From Calditrichaceae bacterium (lineage in GTDB: Bacteria > Calditrichota > Calditrichia > Calditrichales > JBFXGD01), in assembly GCA_050173015.1 (NCBI GenBank), contig JBFXLE010000002.1:128001-192000 (forward strand): a stretch of 64,000 nt of DNA, given 5' to 3'. Below, one piece after another: positions 33,289 through 42,135 of this stretch. The position numbers and the translations under genes are program-made. Each line of letters begins with the position of its first letter. The first letter of the stretch is position 1. The notes under the pieces are model-generated. The model searched no databases and was not told the origin of the DNA. It was given only the letters and a program-made list of their open reading frames with translations.

Positions 33289-34131
33289 ATGAGACGATTT
33301 TTGGTTCTATTCGCGGCAAACATTTTTTTATTTTCGACAGCTTTTGCTCAGAGTGATTTGGATCTGACAAAATATTCCAGCCTAAAAGCAGTTGAGGATC
33401 AGGTACAGGATATCACGGATGCGGTACATTCCGGGATGAATGTTCTTGACTGGACAGATGGTTCTGGCCCTACTTTATTTAGAGTAAGCGTGGATGTTTT
33501 TGCAGGATTCGGCAGTTTTGACGCACTACCAGAAATTGGATTAAAGGACAGTGGTATCGCGCCGGGCGCTTTGGGTGTTCAGGGCGGATTTGGTACAGCA
33601 GGCCTGGAGGCCTACGTGCGATATTTCCCGGAATTGACTGTTTCAGACGTGGATCTAAGTTCTATCGGTTTTGGACTTAAATACGAACTCTCCAAAATAG
33701 TGCCCATACCGATGTTGCCGTCAACAAGTGTTTATGTGGATTATAACACTTTAAGTTTTGGGGTAAATGCAACCCGTAAAGGAAGCGTTCCATATTCAGG
33801 AAACAACGGCACAACAAATGTGAGTTACGAGGCGAAATCCGGCATCGATATGGCTTTTTCAACTATTAATATAGGTCTCATCGCCAGCTATGATTTGGTT
33901 TTGGTTCGGTTTTATGGTAAACTCGCTTATGAAATAGGATCGACTGATATCGACTGGAATTATGTAACCGCGGTCAGTGAAACCGAATATGAGATACGTA
34001 AAAACAGTGATGAATTTACAAATTCAGGACTCAGATATGGTGTTGGTATGTCTCTGTTCGGAATAAAGGCGGAAGCCGGTGGACGAGGAAGTAATTTGTA
34101 TTTTGGTGTCGGATACGGCATTTCGATATAA
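33289..34131 (+). CDS. Putative outer-membrane beta-barrel protein (DUF6588-like)
   Basis: AGGAGG RBS, signal peptide ending AFA-Q, amphipathic strands, VRYFP...GFGLKYEL, terminal YGISI. Confidence 0.65.
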   Translation: MRRFLVLFAANIFLFSTAFAQSDLDLTKYSSLKAVEDQVQDITDAVHSGMNVLDWTDGSGPTLFRVSVDVFAGFGSFDALPEIGLKDSGIAPGALGVQGGFGTAGLEAYVRYFPELTVSDVDLSSIGFGLKYELSKIVPIPMLPSTSVYVDYNTLSFGVNATRKGSVPYSGNNGTTNVSYEAKSGIDMAFSTINIGLIASYDLVLVRFYGKLAYEIGSTDIDWNYVTAVSETEYEIRKNSDEFTNSGLRYGVGMSLFGIKAEAGGRGSNLYFGVGYGISI

Positions 34132-34138
34132 AATATCT

Positions 34139-34166
34139 AATAGCCTCGCCCTGGCGAGGCTATTTT
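34139..34166 (+). terminator. Intrinsic terminator
   Basis: AATAGCCTCGCC / GGCGAGGCTATT followed by T residues. Confidence 0.8.
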
Positions 34167-34258
34167 ATTATTCAGGAATAATTGCTATTCCTTTTGCCTT
34201 AAATCCGTAAATTTACTCTTTATTTACTCCAATAAAAGAACAATATTATTTTATAAAA

Positions 34259-35170
34259 ATGAGCAAAATGGTGCGTTATCCAAATATTTCAGGAAGAATT
34301 ATATATTCGGGTTTATTAGCTATTGTCATTATAGTCAGTCTTTTATCGGGGTCTTTTAAACCGGTCTATGCGGGCGACTTGAAGACTGAGTTAGAAAAAA
34401 TTATCAGGGAATCAGAAAATGCCGAAGAAACCCTGAAAGGATATCTTAACCCTTTTTCGGATATCGCCGGAACCAGCATGTCAACAGGAATATTTCACAA
34501 GGCACCCGCAAATTCATTCCCGCATATCAATGCAGGTATCAACGTGATAAGTACCGCTGTTCCATCGGGAAGCCGGTATTTTACAGACGATAGCGGCATA
34601 AGGCATTCAACCATATTTGGAAATGAGAAGATTAACGGTACGGACAGCTTTGATGGTCTTGGCAATGATCGTTTAAGTCTCCCGATCGCCACATTCAGTA
34701 TCGGGCTCTTTACGAATTTTGAATTTACGCTGCGTTATACAAAATGGGATGTCTCCGAAATCGGGGATGTCAGTTTGTTTGGTGGCGGGATCAAATATGA
34801 ATTGATCGAATTGGTACCAGGATCATTAATTCCTGTTGAGATGAGCGTAATGGCTTCCTACCACTTTTTTAACGTAGAAGATTATCTGGAATCCGGCGCG
34901 TTTGGAATGAACATGATCATTTCGCGGGGATTTCAGCCTCTGCCGTTTAATATTTACGCGGGAATTGGATATGTAAATAGTTTGTTATTATTATATACAG
35001 ATAAAATAGTTGAATCGGGGGCGGATTTTGGAGAAGTTTCCGTCGACGGCGTCGATGGCTTGCGGTATCAGGTTGGAATTGGGTTCGATATTATGATGTT
35101 TAATCTTCATGCTGATTATAATTTCGGTGAATATGATTCCATTTCTGCAGGGATTTTTCTTGAATTATGA
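34259..35170 (+). CDS. Putative outer-membrane beta-barrel protein (DUF6588-like), paralogue of the upstream gene
   Basis: Signal peptide; LP...SIGL...EFTLRY...FGGGIKYEL; terminal strand ISAGIFLEL. Confidence 0.65.
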   Translation: MSKMVRYPNISGRIIYSGLLAIVIIVSLLSGSFKPVYAGDLKTELEKIIRESENAEETLKGYLNPFSDIAGTSMSTGIFHKAPANSFPHINAGINVISTAVPSGSRYFTDDSGIRHSTIFGNEKINGTDSFDGLGNDRLSLPIATFSIGLFTNFEFTLRYTKWDVSEIGDVSLFGGGIKYELIELVPGSLIPVEMSVMASYHFFNVEDYLESGAFGMNMIISRGFQPLPFNIYAGIGYVNSLLLLYTDKIVESGADFGEVSVDGVDGLRYQVGIGFDIMMFNLHADYNFGEYDSISAGIFLEL

Positions 35171-35235
35171 GAATAATGATCATTTATACAGATCAAATAT
35201 ATAGATTAGTGTTATCAGTTTTTTTCGCGCATAAC

Positions 35236-35261
35236 TGAAACCAATTTTGCGGAAAGACGTT
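35236..35261 (+). promoter_or_regulatory. Putative ECF-sigma promoter of rseP
   Basis: TGAAAC-N16-CGTT. Confidence 0.55.
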
Positions 35262-35304
35262 AACACAAAATTGTAGAATAAACTGAAAGTTGAGAATATT
35301 TAAA

Positions 35305-36621
35305 ATGCTTAACATTATTGCAATCGTTTTTGTTTTTAGTTTGCTGGTAATCATTCATGAGCTGGGCCATTTTTTCGCGGCAAAATGGATGGGAGTACGA
35401 GTTGAAAAATTCTCGATAGGATTTCCTCCAACCGTTTACAGAAAAAAAATCGGTGAAACTGAATTTTGTATTTCGGCAATACCTCTTGGAGGTTATGTTA
35501 AAATGGCCGGATTTATTGATGAGAGTCTTGATTCTGAAATTACAGGCGCCGATGATGAATTCAATTCAAAACCTGTATGGCGCAGAATTGTAATTATTGT
35601 TGCCGGTGTTATAATGAATCTGATTTTGGCGATCGGAATTCTTACATTTCTTAATTATTCACAAGGCGAACGCATCATTCCTATCACTACGGTGGGAATT
35701 GTGGGAGAGGGTGGAGTCGCTGAGAAGATTGGTTTCGAAAAAGATGATAAAATAATAAAAATTGATAATACGCCGGTCATGACCTGGAATGAGGTGCAAT
35801 CAAATTTTGTGGATCATCTCAATCATGATTTTTCATTCACAATCATTCGTGATGAAAAAGAGATGCAGCTTTGGTATAAGAAGGAGTGGTTTAAGGATCG
35901 GAAAGGGGAGCAGCTGGATATCGCTCCACTATTCACCGCTAAAGTCGGTGATGTCAGTTCTTCGATGCCTGCGGGAGTACTCGGCTTAAAAACCGGTGAT
36001 AAGATTCTCGAAGTAAATGGCGAGGCTGTCAATGACTGGATGGCGATGACTGACGCGATCAGAGCTCACCCGGATGAAGAGATTAGAATAAAGTGGGAGA
36101 GGAATTCAGAAATTTTTGAGGGCAATCTCACACCGGATGCTTATGAAGAAAAAAATGAACAGGGTGAGATTGAGAAAGTCGGTAAGATTGGAATAGGATA
36201 CTATTACGAACACAAAGATATAGGGTTGGCGAAGGCGGTACTAAATGGTTTTGAGAACACCTATGACTTAATTGTTCTGAATATGCGTGGATTCTGGTGG
36301 TGGATTTCCGGCACCAAATCCGCTTCGGAAATTCTTGGCGGCCCGATCACCATTGCCAAAATGGCGGGTGATGCGGCACAAGCGGGCTGGACGCAGTTGT
36401 GGTACCTGATCGCCGCGCTGAGCGCCATTCTAGCTATTTTTAACATACTTCCCATCCCTGCTTTGGATGGGGGGCATCTGTTTTTTCTGATTATTGAAGG
36501 AATTATGGGACGTCCCATACCGACAAAAGTAAAAATAAAAGTGCAGCAGATAGGTATGGCGGTTCTTCTGACATTTATCGTTTTTATACTTTATGTGGAC
36601 TTAAAACGGTTACTTTTTTAA
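35305..36621 (+). CDS. rseP: RIP metalloprotease RseP
   Basis: HELGH, PLGGYVKM, two PDZ domains, NILPIPALDGGH. Confidence 0.96.
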   Translation: MLNIIAIVFVFSLLVIIHELGHFFAAKWMGVRVEKFSIGFPPTVYRKKIGETEFCISAIPLGGYVKMAGFIDESLDSEITGADDEFNSKPVWRRIVIIVAGVIMNLILAIGILTFLNYSQGERIIPITTVGIVGEGGVAEKIGFEKDDKIIKIDNTPVMTWNEVQSNFVDHLNHDFSFTIIRDEKEMQLWYKKEWFKDRKGEQLDIAPLFTAKVGDVSSSMPAGVLGLKTGDKILEVNGEAVNDWMAMTDAIRAHPDEEIRIKWERNSEIFEGNLTPDAYEEKNEQGEIEKVGKIGIGYYYEHKDIGLAKAVLNGFENTYDLIVLNMRGFWWWISGTKSASEILGGPITIAKMAGDAAQAGWTQLWYLIAALSAILAIFNILPIPALDGGHLFFLIIEGIMGRPIPTKVKIKVQQIGMAVLLTFIVFILYVDLKRLLF

Positions 36622-36662
36622 TCAAAATTTCTTTTTGCAATATTTGGGAAATAGTTTAACTT

Positions 36663-36700
36663 AAAACACCATCGGAAATGATCTGATGGTGTTTTTTTTT
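36663..36700 (+). terminator. Intrinsic terminator after rseP
   Basis: AAAACACCATCGGA / TCTGATGGTGTTTT plus T run. Confidence 0.85.
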
Positions 36701-36728
36701 GAGATAATGACAAAAAAAAGATCGAAAC

Positions 36729-38951
36729 ATGAACACACTTACTCTTACTAATCAGATTGAAGCCTTTATCGCGGCTAGTATCACAAATAATTATAATACG
36801 CATATCAACGATGTTTTGTTTTTATTGGACAAAGGGAAAGTAGAAGAATCCTCGCATTCCGTTAAGAATAATGATATCACTTTAAGCGGAATTTATCCCG
36901 GGATGATCCGCGAGCGTTTCAGGTTACCTCAGACCCGAATTTATTTTACGGTGATCCAGAATGATAAACTTAAAATTCAAACAATCGAATTTCAAAATGA
37001 CACCATCGTTATTATTTCTGTTTTTACCGGAACGAAGAGGATAAAACTTAAAATTAACCAGAATAACAATTATCATGTGTTAAGCTCTCTCGATCCAGAG
37101 GCGGAAACATCAGCGCTGTTTGATTTCTCCATCACCGAATCAGCGGTAGTCTGGGTGACAAATGATGATAAAATGTCATCAATAAATCAATTAATGCCCT
37201 GTATCAATGAACTCTATCAGGCTGAGATTGCATGCCATCCGATTCATCAAATCTCTTCAGAAAATAAGCACTTTTTGATGAATATTGATGAATGTTGGGC
37301 CCAGCTTGACTGTATTAGTAAGGGCAGAGAAATTAGAACAATAATTTCAACACAAAAATTTATCTGGCTTCAGGAAATTTATCTATATTTTGGCTGGTAT
37401 GATGAATTATCATTCTTTTACAAATATAAACACAGCCATGTGGATGATCTCAATGAATCGGATAAATATTGGCTTGCGATAGCGCATAATAGATTTATTT
37501 TGAGTTATCAAAATCAAAAACAATCTGGAACAGAGAAAGTAGATAATTTTTTCAACGATTACATCAACGGAGAGCTCATTGATAATCCTGAATTGAACCG
37601 AAATCTGCAATCATTTTGGGAGAGAATAAGTAAACCGGCTATGAGGGCGTATTTTGAGCGGTCATTTATGACAAATCCCCATGAAATTATTGCTTTTGGG
37701 CTGCTCGCGACTGACCGTCAATTTTGGTGGGCAGATACTTTAAGAAATAAAATTCTGAAGTTGATTGCCGAATCAGCCGACAAGTCATTCAGATCCATAA
37801 TCGAGTTACTTTTTTATCTGAAATCAGATCATCTCAACATCGCGATTATTACGAACGGGTTACATTTCACTGGAACAAGTAAGAATTATGGAAGGTCTGA
37901 AGTCAAAATGACCGATACCGGAATCCGTTTTAAAAGTCATCAGGTAAAATCAGTTGCATTTACAAGCGCGAATCAGATGGATGTGTTTTCTTTTCGGGTA
38001 AATAGAAAAGCGCGGATTCATTATCAGGCGGAAAAAAAGTCGCTGAAAATATATCCCGTGGTTTTTCAGCCTCCCGTTATCGAAAATTCATTGAATTTTA
38101 TCCAAATTGAATCATCAAACATAAAATTTGATATACCGTTGATCTGGAGAGATTTTATCGCGGAAATAAATGGCAACAGATTCAAATTCATATTGAAAAA
38201 AGATCGGTATCAGGTAAATATAAAGAGAAAACCATCTGAGGAAGCACTTTGTCTAAATAGTGAAAAGATATTATTTGAAGACAGCTTATATACAAAAATC
38301 TATATTAATATCAAAAAGCGCCCGAGTCAGTCTTACTTCATGGTTTATGATCAGAATGGCGCGAGAATTGATGGGTTTGGTCCGCATATAAAAAGTATCG
38401 TTCCGCGAGGTCACGGATATGATATGATGGGATCCATCATTGAAGAATATCAAATCAGTTCAAACCAATCTTCAAAAAGCAGCAGAACAATGACTAACTC
38501 GATGAATCCAGAGGCGATAGATGTCGCCTCTTCGGAACTGCATTTAAAATTTAGGGCGAAAAAATGTCTGCCGGTTTCTCTGAATTTCCCCGGATCGGAC
38601 GGCTCCTTTTGGCGATTATCACAAACCGATAGTGATTTACTCAAAAACAGGTTGATCTTTTATCTCCAGAATTATACCGATAAAAAAAACGTATCTCTAC
38701 GCGAATTATGCGCAAAATATTTAGGATTTTACCCATCCATAAAACGGTTTAATGAGTTAATTTATTTAAGAACTCAATTCGCTGTAATAGTGGGGAGCGG
38801 CTTAAATTTTGAGAATGAAATAAAATTTGACGGGTATTCAGCTATAAACTTGAAAGAAGCCGGAAATAAGCGCGCAATTTATATTGAAGAAAACAGATTG
38901 GAATATTTTTTAAAAAACTTCAGCGAAATGGGCCATGGGCACATAAAATAA
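36729..38951 (+). CDS. Hypothetical protein, 740 aa
   Basis: Long uninterrupted ORF filling the gap between rseP and the tRNA; no motif recognised. Confidence 0.75.
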   Translation: MNTLTLTNQIEAFIAASITNNYNTHINDVLFLLDKGKVEESSHSVKNNDITLSGIYPGMIRERFRLPQTRIYFTVIQNDKLKIQTIEFQNDTIVIISVFTGTKRIKLKINQNNNYHVLSSLDPEAETSALFDFSITESAVVWVTNDDKMSSINQLMPCINELYQAEIACHPIHQISSENKHFLMNIDECWAQLDCISKGREIRTIISTQKFIWLQEIYLYFGWYDELSFFYKYKHSHVDDLNESDKYWLAIAHNRFILSYQNQKQSGTEKVDNFFNDYINGELIDNPELNRNLQSFWERISKPAMRAYFERSFMTNPHEIIAFGLLATDRQFWWADTLRNKILKLIAESADKSFRSIIELLFYLKSDHLNIAIITNGLHFTGTSKNYGRSEVKMTDTGIRFKSHQVKSVAFTSANQMDVFSFRVNRKARIHYQAEKKSLKIYPVVFQPPVIENSLNFIQIESSNIKFDIPLIWRDFIAEINGNRFKFILKKDRYQVNIKRKPSEEALCLNSEKILFEDSLYTKIYINIKKRPSQSYFMVYDQNGARIDGFGPHIKSIVPRGHGYDMMGSIIEEYQISSNQSSKSSRTMTNSMNPEAIDVASSELHLKFRAKKCLPVSLNFPGSDGSFWRLSQTDSDLLKNRLIFYLQNYTDKKNVSLRELCAKYLGFYPSIKRFNELIYLRTQFAVIVGSGLNFENEIKFDGYSAINLKEAGNKRAIYIEENRLEYFLKNFSEMGHGHIK

Positions 38952-38953
38952 AT

Positions 38954-38982
38954 TTGATTTTATTTTCTGAATTTGATACATT
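38954..38982 (+). promoter_or_regulatory. Putative sigma70 promoter of the tRNA
   Basis: TTGATT-N17-TACATT with a TGn extension. Confidence 0.6.
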
Positions 38983-39008
38983 ACTTCACTCTAATGATGA
39001 ATCATTAA

Positions 39009-39082
39009 GGGCCCATAGCTCAGTTGGTTAGAGCAGCCGACTCATAATCGGCTGGTCCGGGGTTCGAGTCCCTGTGGGCCCA
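39009..39082 (+). tRNA. tRNA with CAT anticodon, most likely tRNA-Ile2 (lysidine); CCA not encoded
   Basis: Acceptor stem GGGCCCA/TGGGCCC, D arm AGCTCAGTTGGTTAGAGC, anticodon arm GCCGA-CTCATAA-TCGGC, T loop TTCGAGT; C4-G69 and C5-G68. Confidence 0.95.
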
Positions 39083-39185
39083 CATTGCTTTTTTGAAAAT
39101 GTTATTTGATATGGAAAATATGTATAATTTGAGCATGAAATTTGAAATTAAAACTAGAACTAAAAATATATTAAAAAATCATTCA

Positions 39186-39219
39186 GAAGTGCATTCCGGA
39201 ACCGGGGTGCACTTTTTTT
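39186..39219 (+). terminator. Terminator-like hairpin between the tRNA and the zinc-ribbon gene
   Basis: AAGTGCATTCCGG / CCGGGGTGCACTT plus T run. Confidence 0.75.
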
Positions 39220-39242
39220 ATTTATAAATAGGAGGTTTTAGA

Positions 39243-39956
39243 GTGCAGAAAACTTTGTATGCTTTAATTGAACTGCAAGAAATTGATAATCGTCTGGATG
39301 AATTGCAGGCTGAGCGTGGAGACCTGCCTCTTATAGTAGAGGATCTTGAAAGAAAAATCGATGATAAAAAAACGGAATTAAAAAGTTTACAGTCCGAACT
39401 AAAAAGCTCAAGATTACGAGTGAGTGAATTAAATACAATCCTGGATGACTCAAAAGAAAAAGCAAAAAAATATGAAGAACAACTCTATCAGGTTAAAACG
39501 AATAAAGAATATGACGCTATAACAGCTGAGACTGAATCGGTAAAGAATGTTCTTACAGAAGGCGAAGACGAATTACTCGAAGTTACAATGAAAATGGAAC
39601 AAATCGATACACAAGTCGCTGAAATAGAAGAAGAACTTTCGAAATTAAACGCTGAACTGGATACAAACAGTATTGAGCTCAACGCGAAAATGAGTGAAAC
39701 CGCCGAAGAAGAAAATATGTTGCGCCATGAGCGTGAAATAATTGTGAAAAAATCAGGTCCTGAGATTATTAAGTCTTATGAAATCATCAGAGAAGCTCGC
39801 GACGGAATGGGTATTGCGCGTATTGTGAACGATGTTTGCGGTGGATGTTATTCTTATATTCCTCCTCAAAAGGTCGTTGAAGTAAAGAAGATGAAAAAAA
39901 TATATACCTGTGAGTTTTGTGGGCGCATCCTTGTTTGGGATGAATCAAATTCTTGA
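39243..39956 (+). CDS. Coiled-coil protein with C4 zinc ribbon (DUF164, CT398/HP0958-like)
   Basis: LIELQEID, KTNKEYDA, C-terminal CGGC...CEFCGRIL; AGGAGG RBS; lies just upstream of rnpB. Confidence 0.92.
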   Translation: MQKTLYALIELQEIDNRLDELQAERGDLPLIVEDLERKIDDKKTELKSLQSELKSSRLRVSELNTILDDSKEKAKKYEEQLYQVKTNKEYDAITAETESVKNVLTEGEDELLEVTMKMEQIDTQVAEIEEELSKLNAELDTNSIELNAKMSETAEEENMLRHEREIIVKKSGPEIIKSYEIIREARDGMGIARIVNDVCGGCYSYIPPQKVVEVKKMKKIYTCEFCGRILVWDESNS

Positions 39957-39979
39957 CAAAAAATAATTAAATAAAAACA

Positions 39980-40403
39980 GACTCAATGCGGGTCAGGTAG
40001 TCGCCCTGATTAATAAATCGGGGAGGAAAGTCCGAACATCAGAGGGCAGGGTTTTCTGAGAAATCAGGAACAGCGTGTAAACGCTGATGGAAAGTGTCAC
40101 AGAAAAAATACCGCCCCGGTAGGCCGGGGTAAGGGTGAAAAGGAGAGGTAAGAGCTCACCACTTTGTTCCCGCGGGAACGTCTCAAAGAGACGCCATTTT
40201 GGCAAAGGTATGACAAACCCAATCCGATGCAAGACCAAATATAGAAGGATTTCATCCAGAATGCGTAAAGCCCCTTACGCGTGCGAATCTATCGCACATT
40301 CTTCAGGGTAGGTCGCGTAAGTTAACCGGCAACGGTTGATTAAGATAAATGGCTACTACTTCCACCGGAAGACAGAATTCGGCTTATCGATCCGCAAAGA
40401 GTT
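39980..40403 (+). ncRNA. rnpB: RNase P RNA, bacterial type A
   Basis: GAGGAAAGTCCG and ACAGAATTCGGCTTA (P4); P1 GACTC..TGCGGGTC / GATCCGCA..GAGTT; AAGGGTGAAA; GGTAAGAG loop; P18 with GCAA loop. Confidence 0.97.
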
Positions 40404-40428
40404 TATTCTTTCAAAGTATGGAGCGATG

Positions 40429-42132
40429 ATGCTTTATCGTTGGGAGTTCGCAGATTTAAGGGATGAAGCAGAAGTAGCTCAGTTGGCAAATGATTTTAAT
40501 ATCCATCCTATTATCGCTCAAATCATCCTGGACAGGAATATTGATACTCAATCAAAAATTGAAGATTTTTTCCATCCTAAACTTGAGAATCTACTTGATC
40601 CCTTTCTAATGCTCCACATGGAGAAGGCAGTTAACCGAATCATCCGGGCGCTTGCTGATGGTGAACAAATTCTGGTTTATGGGGACTATGATGTTGATGG
40701 TGTCACCGGAGTGGCGATTCTGTATAATGTGCTTTTTAATCTGGGTGGCAAAGTCTCCTTTTTTATTCCGGATCGGTTTAATGATGGTTATGGTGTTTCA
40801 AAAAAAGGAATAAATGTTGCAAATTCCAGAAAAAGTTCATTAATTATTACGGTTGATTGCGGGATAACAGCTGTAGAAGAAATCGCGTATGCAAATGAAA
40901 TGGGCATTGATGTAATTGTGTGCGATCATCATGAACCCGGTCCGGAAATTCCTGACGCATTTGCTATTCTCGATCCAAAATTGAAAGAATCACCTTATCC
41001 GTTCAGAGATCTGGCCGGGTGCGGAGTCGCTTTCAAATTTATGCAGGGTTTGGTCAATAAACTTGGTTATAGTCAGGAAATTGTCACCGAGTATCTGGAT
41101 CTGATTGCACTCGGCACATCTGCTGATATCGTCCCGCTTGTTAACGAGAACCGGATTCTTGTTCACTACGGGCTGAATCAGATTAATCAGTCACCCCGGA
41201 ACGGTTTATTCGCAATTTTGGAGATTCTTGGGTTGACTGATCACGAGCTCAATGTAAGTACGATTGTCTTTGTGCTTGCGCCCCGGCTTAATGCAGTAGG
41301 CAGAATGTCAAATGCGAAAAAGGCTGTACATTTATTAAGCAGTAAGAGTTTGCAGCAGAGCCGTAATATTGCGCGTATTTTAGAAAATGAAAATAAAGCA
41401 AGAAAAAATGTCGATGAACTGACTTTCAGGGAAGCTGAATCCTATGTTGAAAATAATATCGATCTGAATTCAAAACGTGTACTGGTTTTAGCGAAAGATG
41501 ACTGGCATCCCGGAGTAATCGGAATTGTGGCATCCCGTTTGATGGAAAAATATAGCAGACCGACCGTACTTATCTCGCTACAGGACGGAATGGGACGAGG
41601 ATCTGCCCGCTCGGCTTTGAATTTTGATATATATGAAGCTTTTCGAAAGTTAAGTCACCTGTTGGAAAATTATGGAGGTCACAAATTTGCGGCAGGGATG
41701 AATATTGTTTCTGAGAATATACCGGAATTTGATAAATTGATAAATGATCTTGCATTGCAGGAAATTGAGCAGGATGAAATGGTGTCAAAATTGAAAATTG
41801 ATGCCAGAGTAACATTAGATCAGTTTGATGCTAATTTTTTAAACGGTTTAAAATCTTTGGCCCCGTTCGGACCGAGTAATATGCGACCGGTATTTGTAAC
41901 TGATAATCTGCAAATATACGGAAACGTGACCAAAGTGGGAAATAATCATCTAAAATTGAAATTTAAGCAAAATGGCGTTGTTATAGATGCAATAGGGTAT
42001 AACCTGGGTGAATCTGTCCCAATGCTTAGGGAATCGGATCTCAGGTTAAGCTGTGCGTATGTACTGGAAGAAAACAAATGGAACGGACAAACCACAATTC
42101 AAATGAGAATTAAGGATTTTGAGGTGCAATAA
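40429..42132 (+). CDS. recJ: Single-stranded-DNA-specific exonuclease RecJ
   Basis: YGDYDVDG, TVDCG, DHH, PRLNAVGR, GGHKFAAG. The ORF-track start lies inside rnpB, so the start is moved to ATG 40426/40429. Confidence 0.96.
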   Translation: MLYRWEFADLRDEAEVAQLANDFNIHPIIAQIILDRNIDTQSKIEDFFHPKLENLLDPFLMLHMEKAVNRIIRALADGEQILVYGDYDVDGVTGVAILYNVLFNLGGKVSFFIPDRFNDGYGVSKKGINVANSRKSSLIITVDCGITAVEEIAYANEMGIDVIVCDHHEPGPEIPDAFAILDPKLKESPYPFRDLAGCGVAFKFMQGLVNKLGYSQEIVTEYLDLIALGTSADIVPLVNENRILVHYGLNQINQSPRNGLFAILEILGLTDHELNVSTIVFVLAPRLNAVGRMSNAKKAVHLLSSKSLQQSRNIARILENENKARKNVDELTFREAESYVENNIDLNSKRVLVLAKDDWHPGVIGIVASRLMEKYSRPTVLISLQDGMGRGSARSALNFDIYEAFRKLSHLLENYGGHKFAAGMNIVSENIPEFDKLINDLALQEIEQDEMVSKLKIDARVTLDQFDANFLNGLKSLAPFGPSNMRPVFVTDNLQIYGNVTKVGNNHLKLKFKQNGVVIDAIGYNLGESVPMLRESDLRLSCAYVLEENKWNGQTTIQMRIKDFEVQ

Positions 42133-42135
42133 CCA

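Noticed and set aside
36729..39082. Possible tRNA-anchored genomic island
   Set aside because: No integrase and no duplicated tRNA 3' end were seen, and the flanking genes are core.
39993..40238. 81-aa minus-strand ORF
   Set aside because: It is the antisense shadow of RNase P RNA.
40336..40425. N-terminal extension of recJ in the ORF track
   Set aside because: It overlaps the 3' end of rnpB; a GGAG RBS supports ATG 40426/40429.
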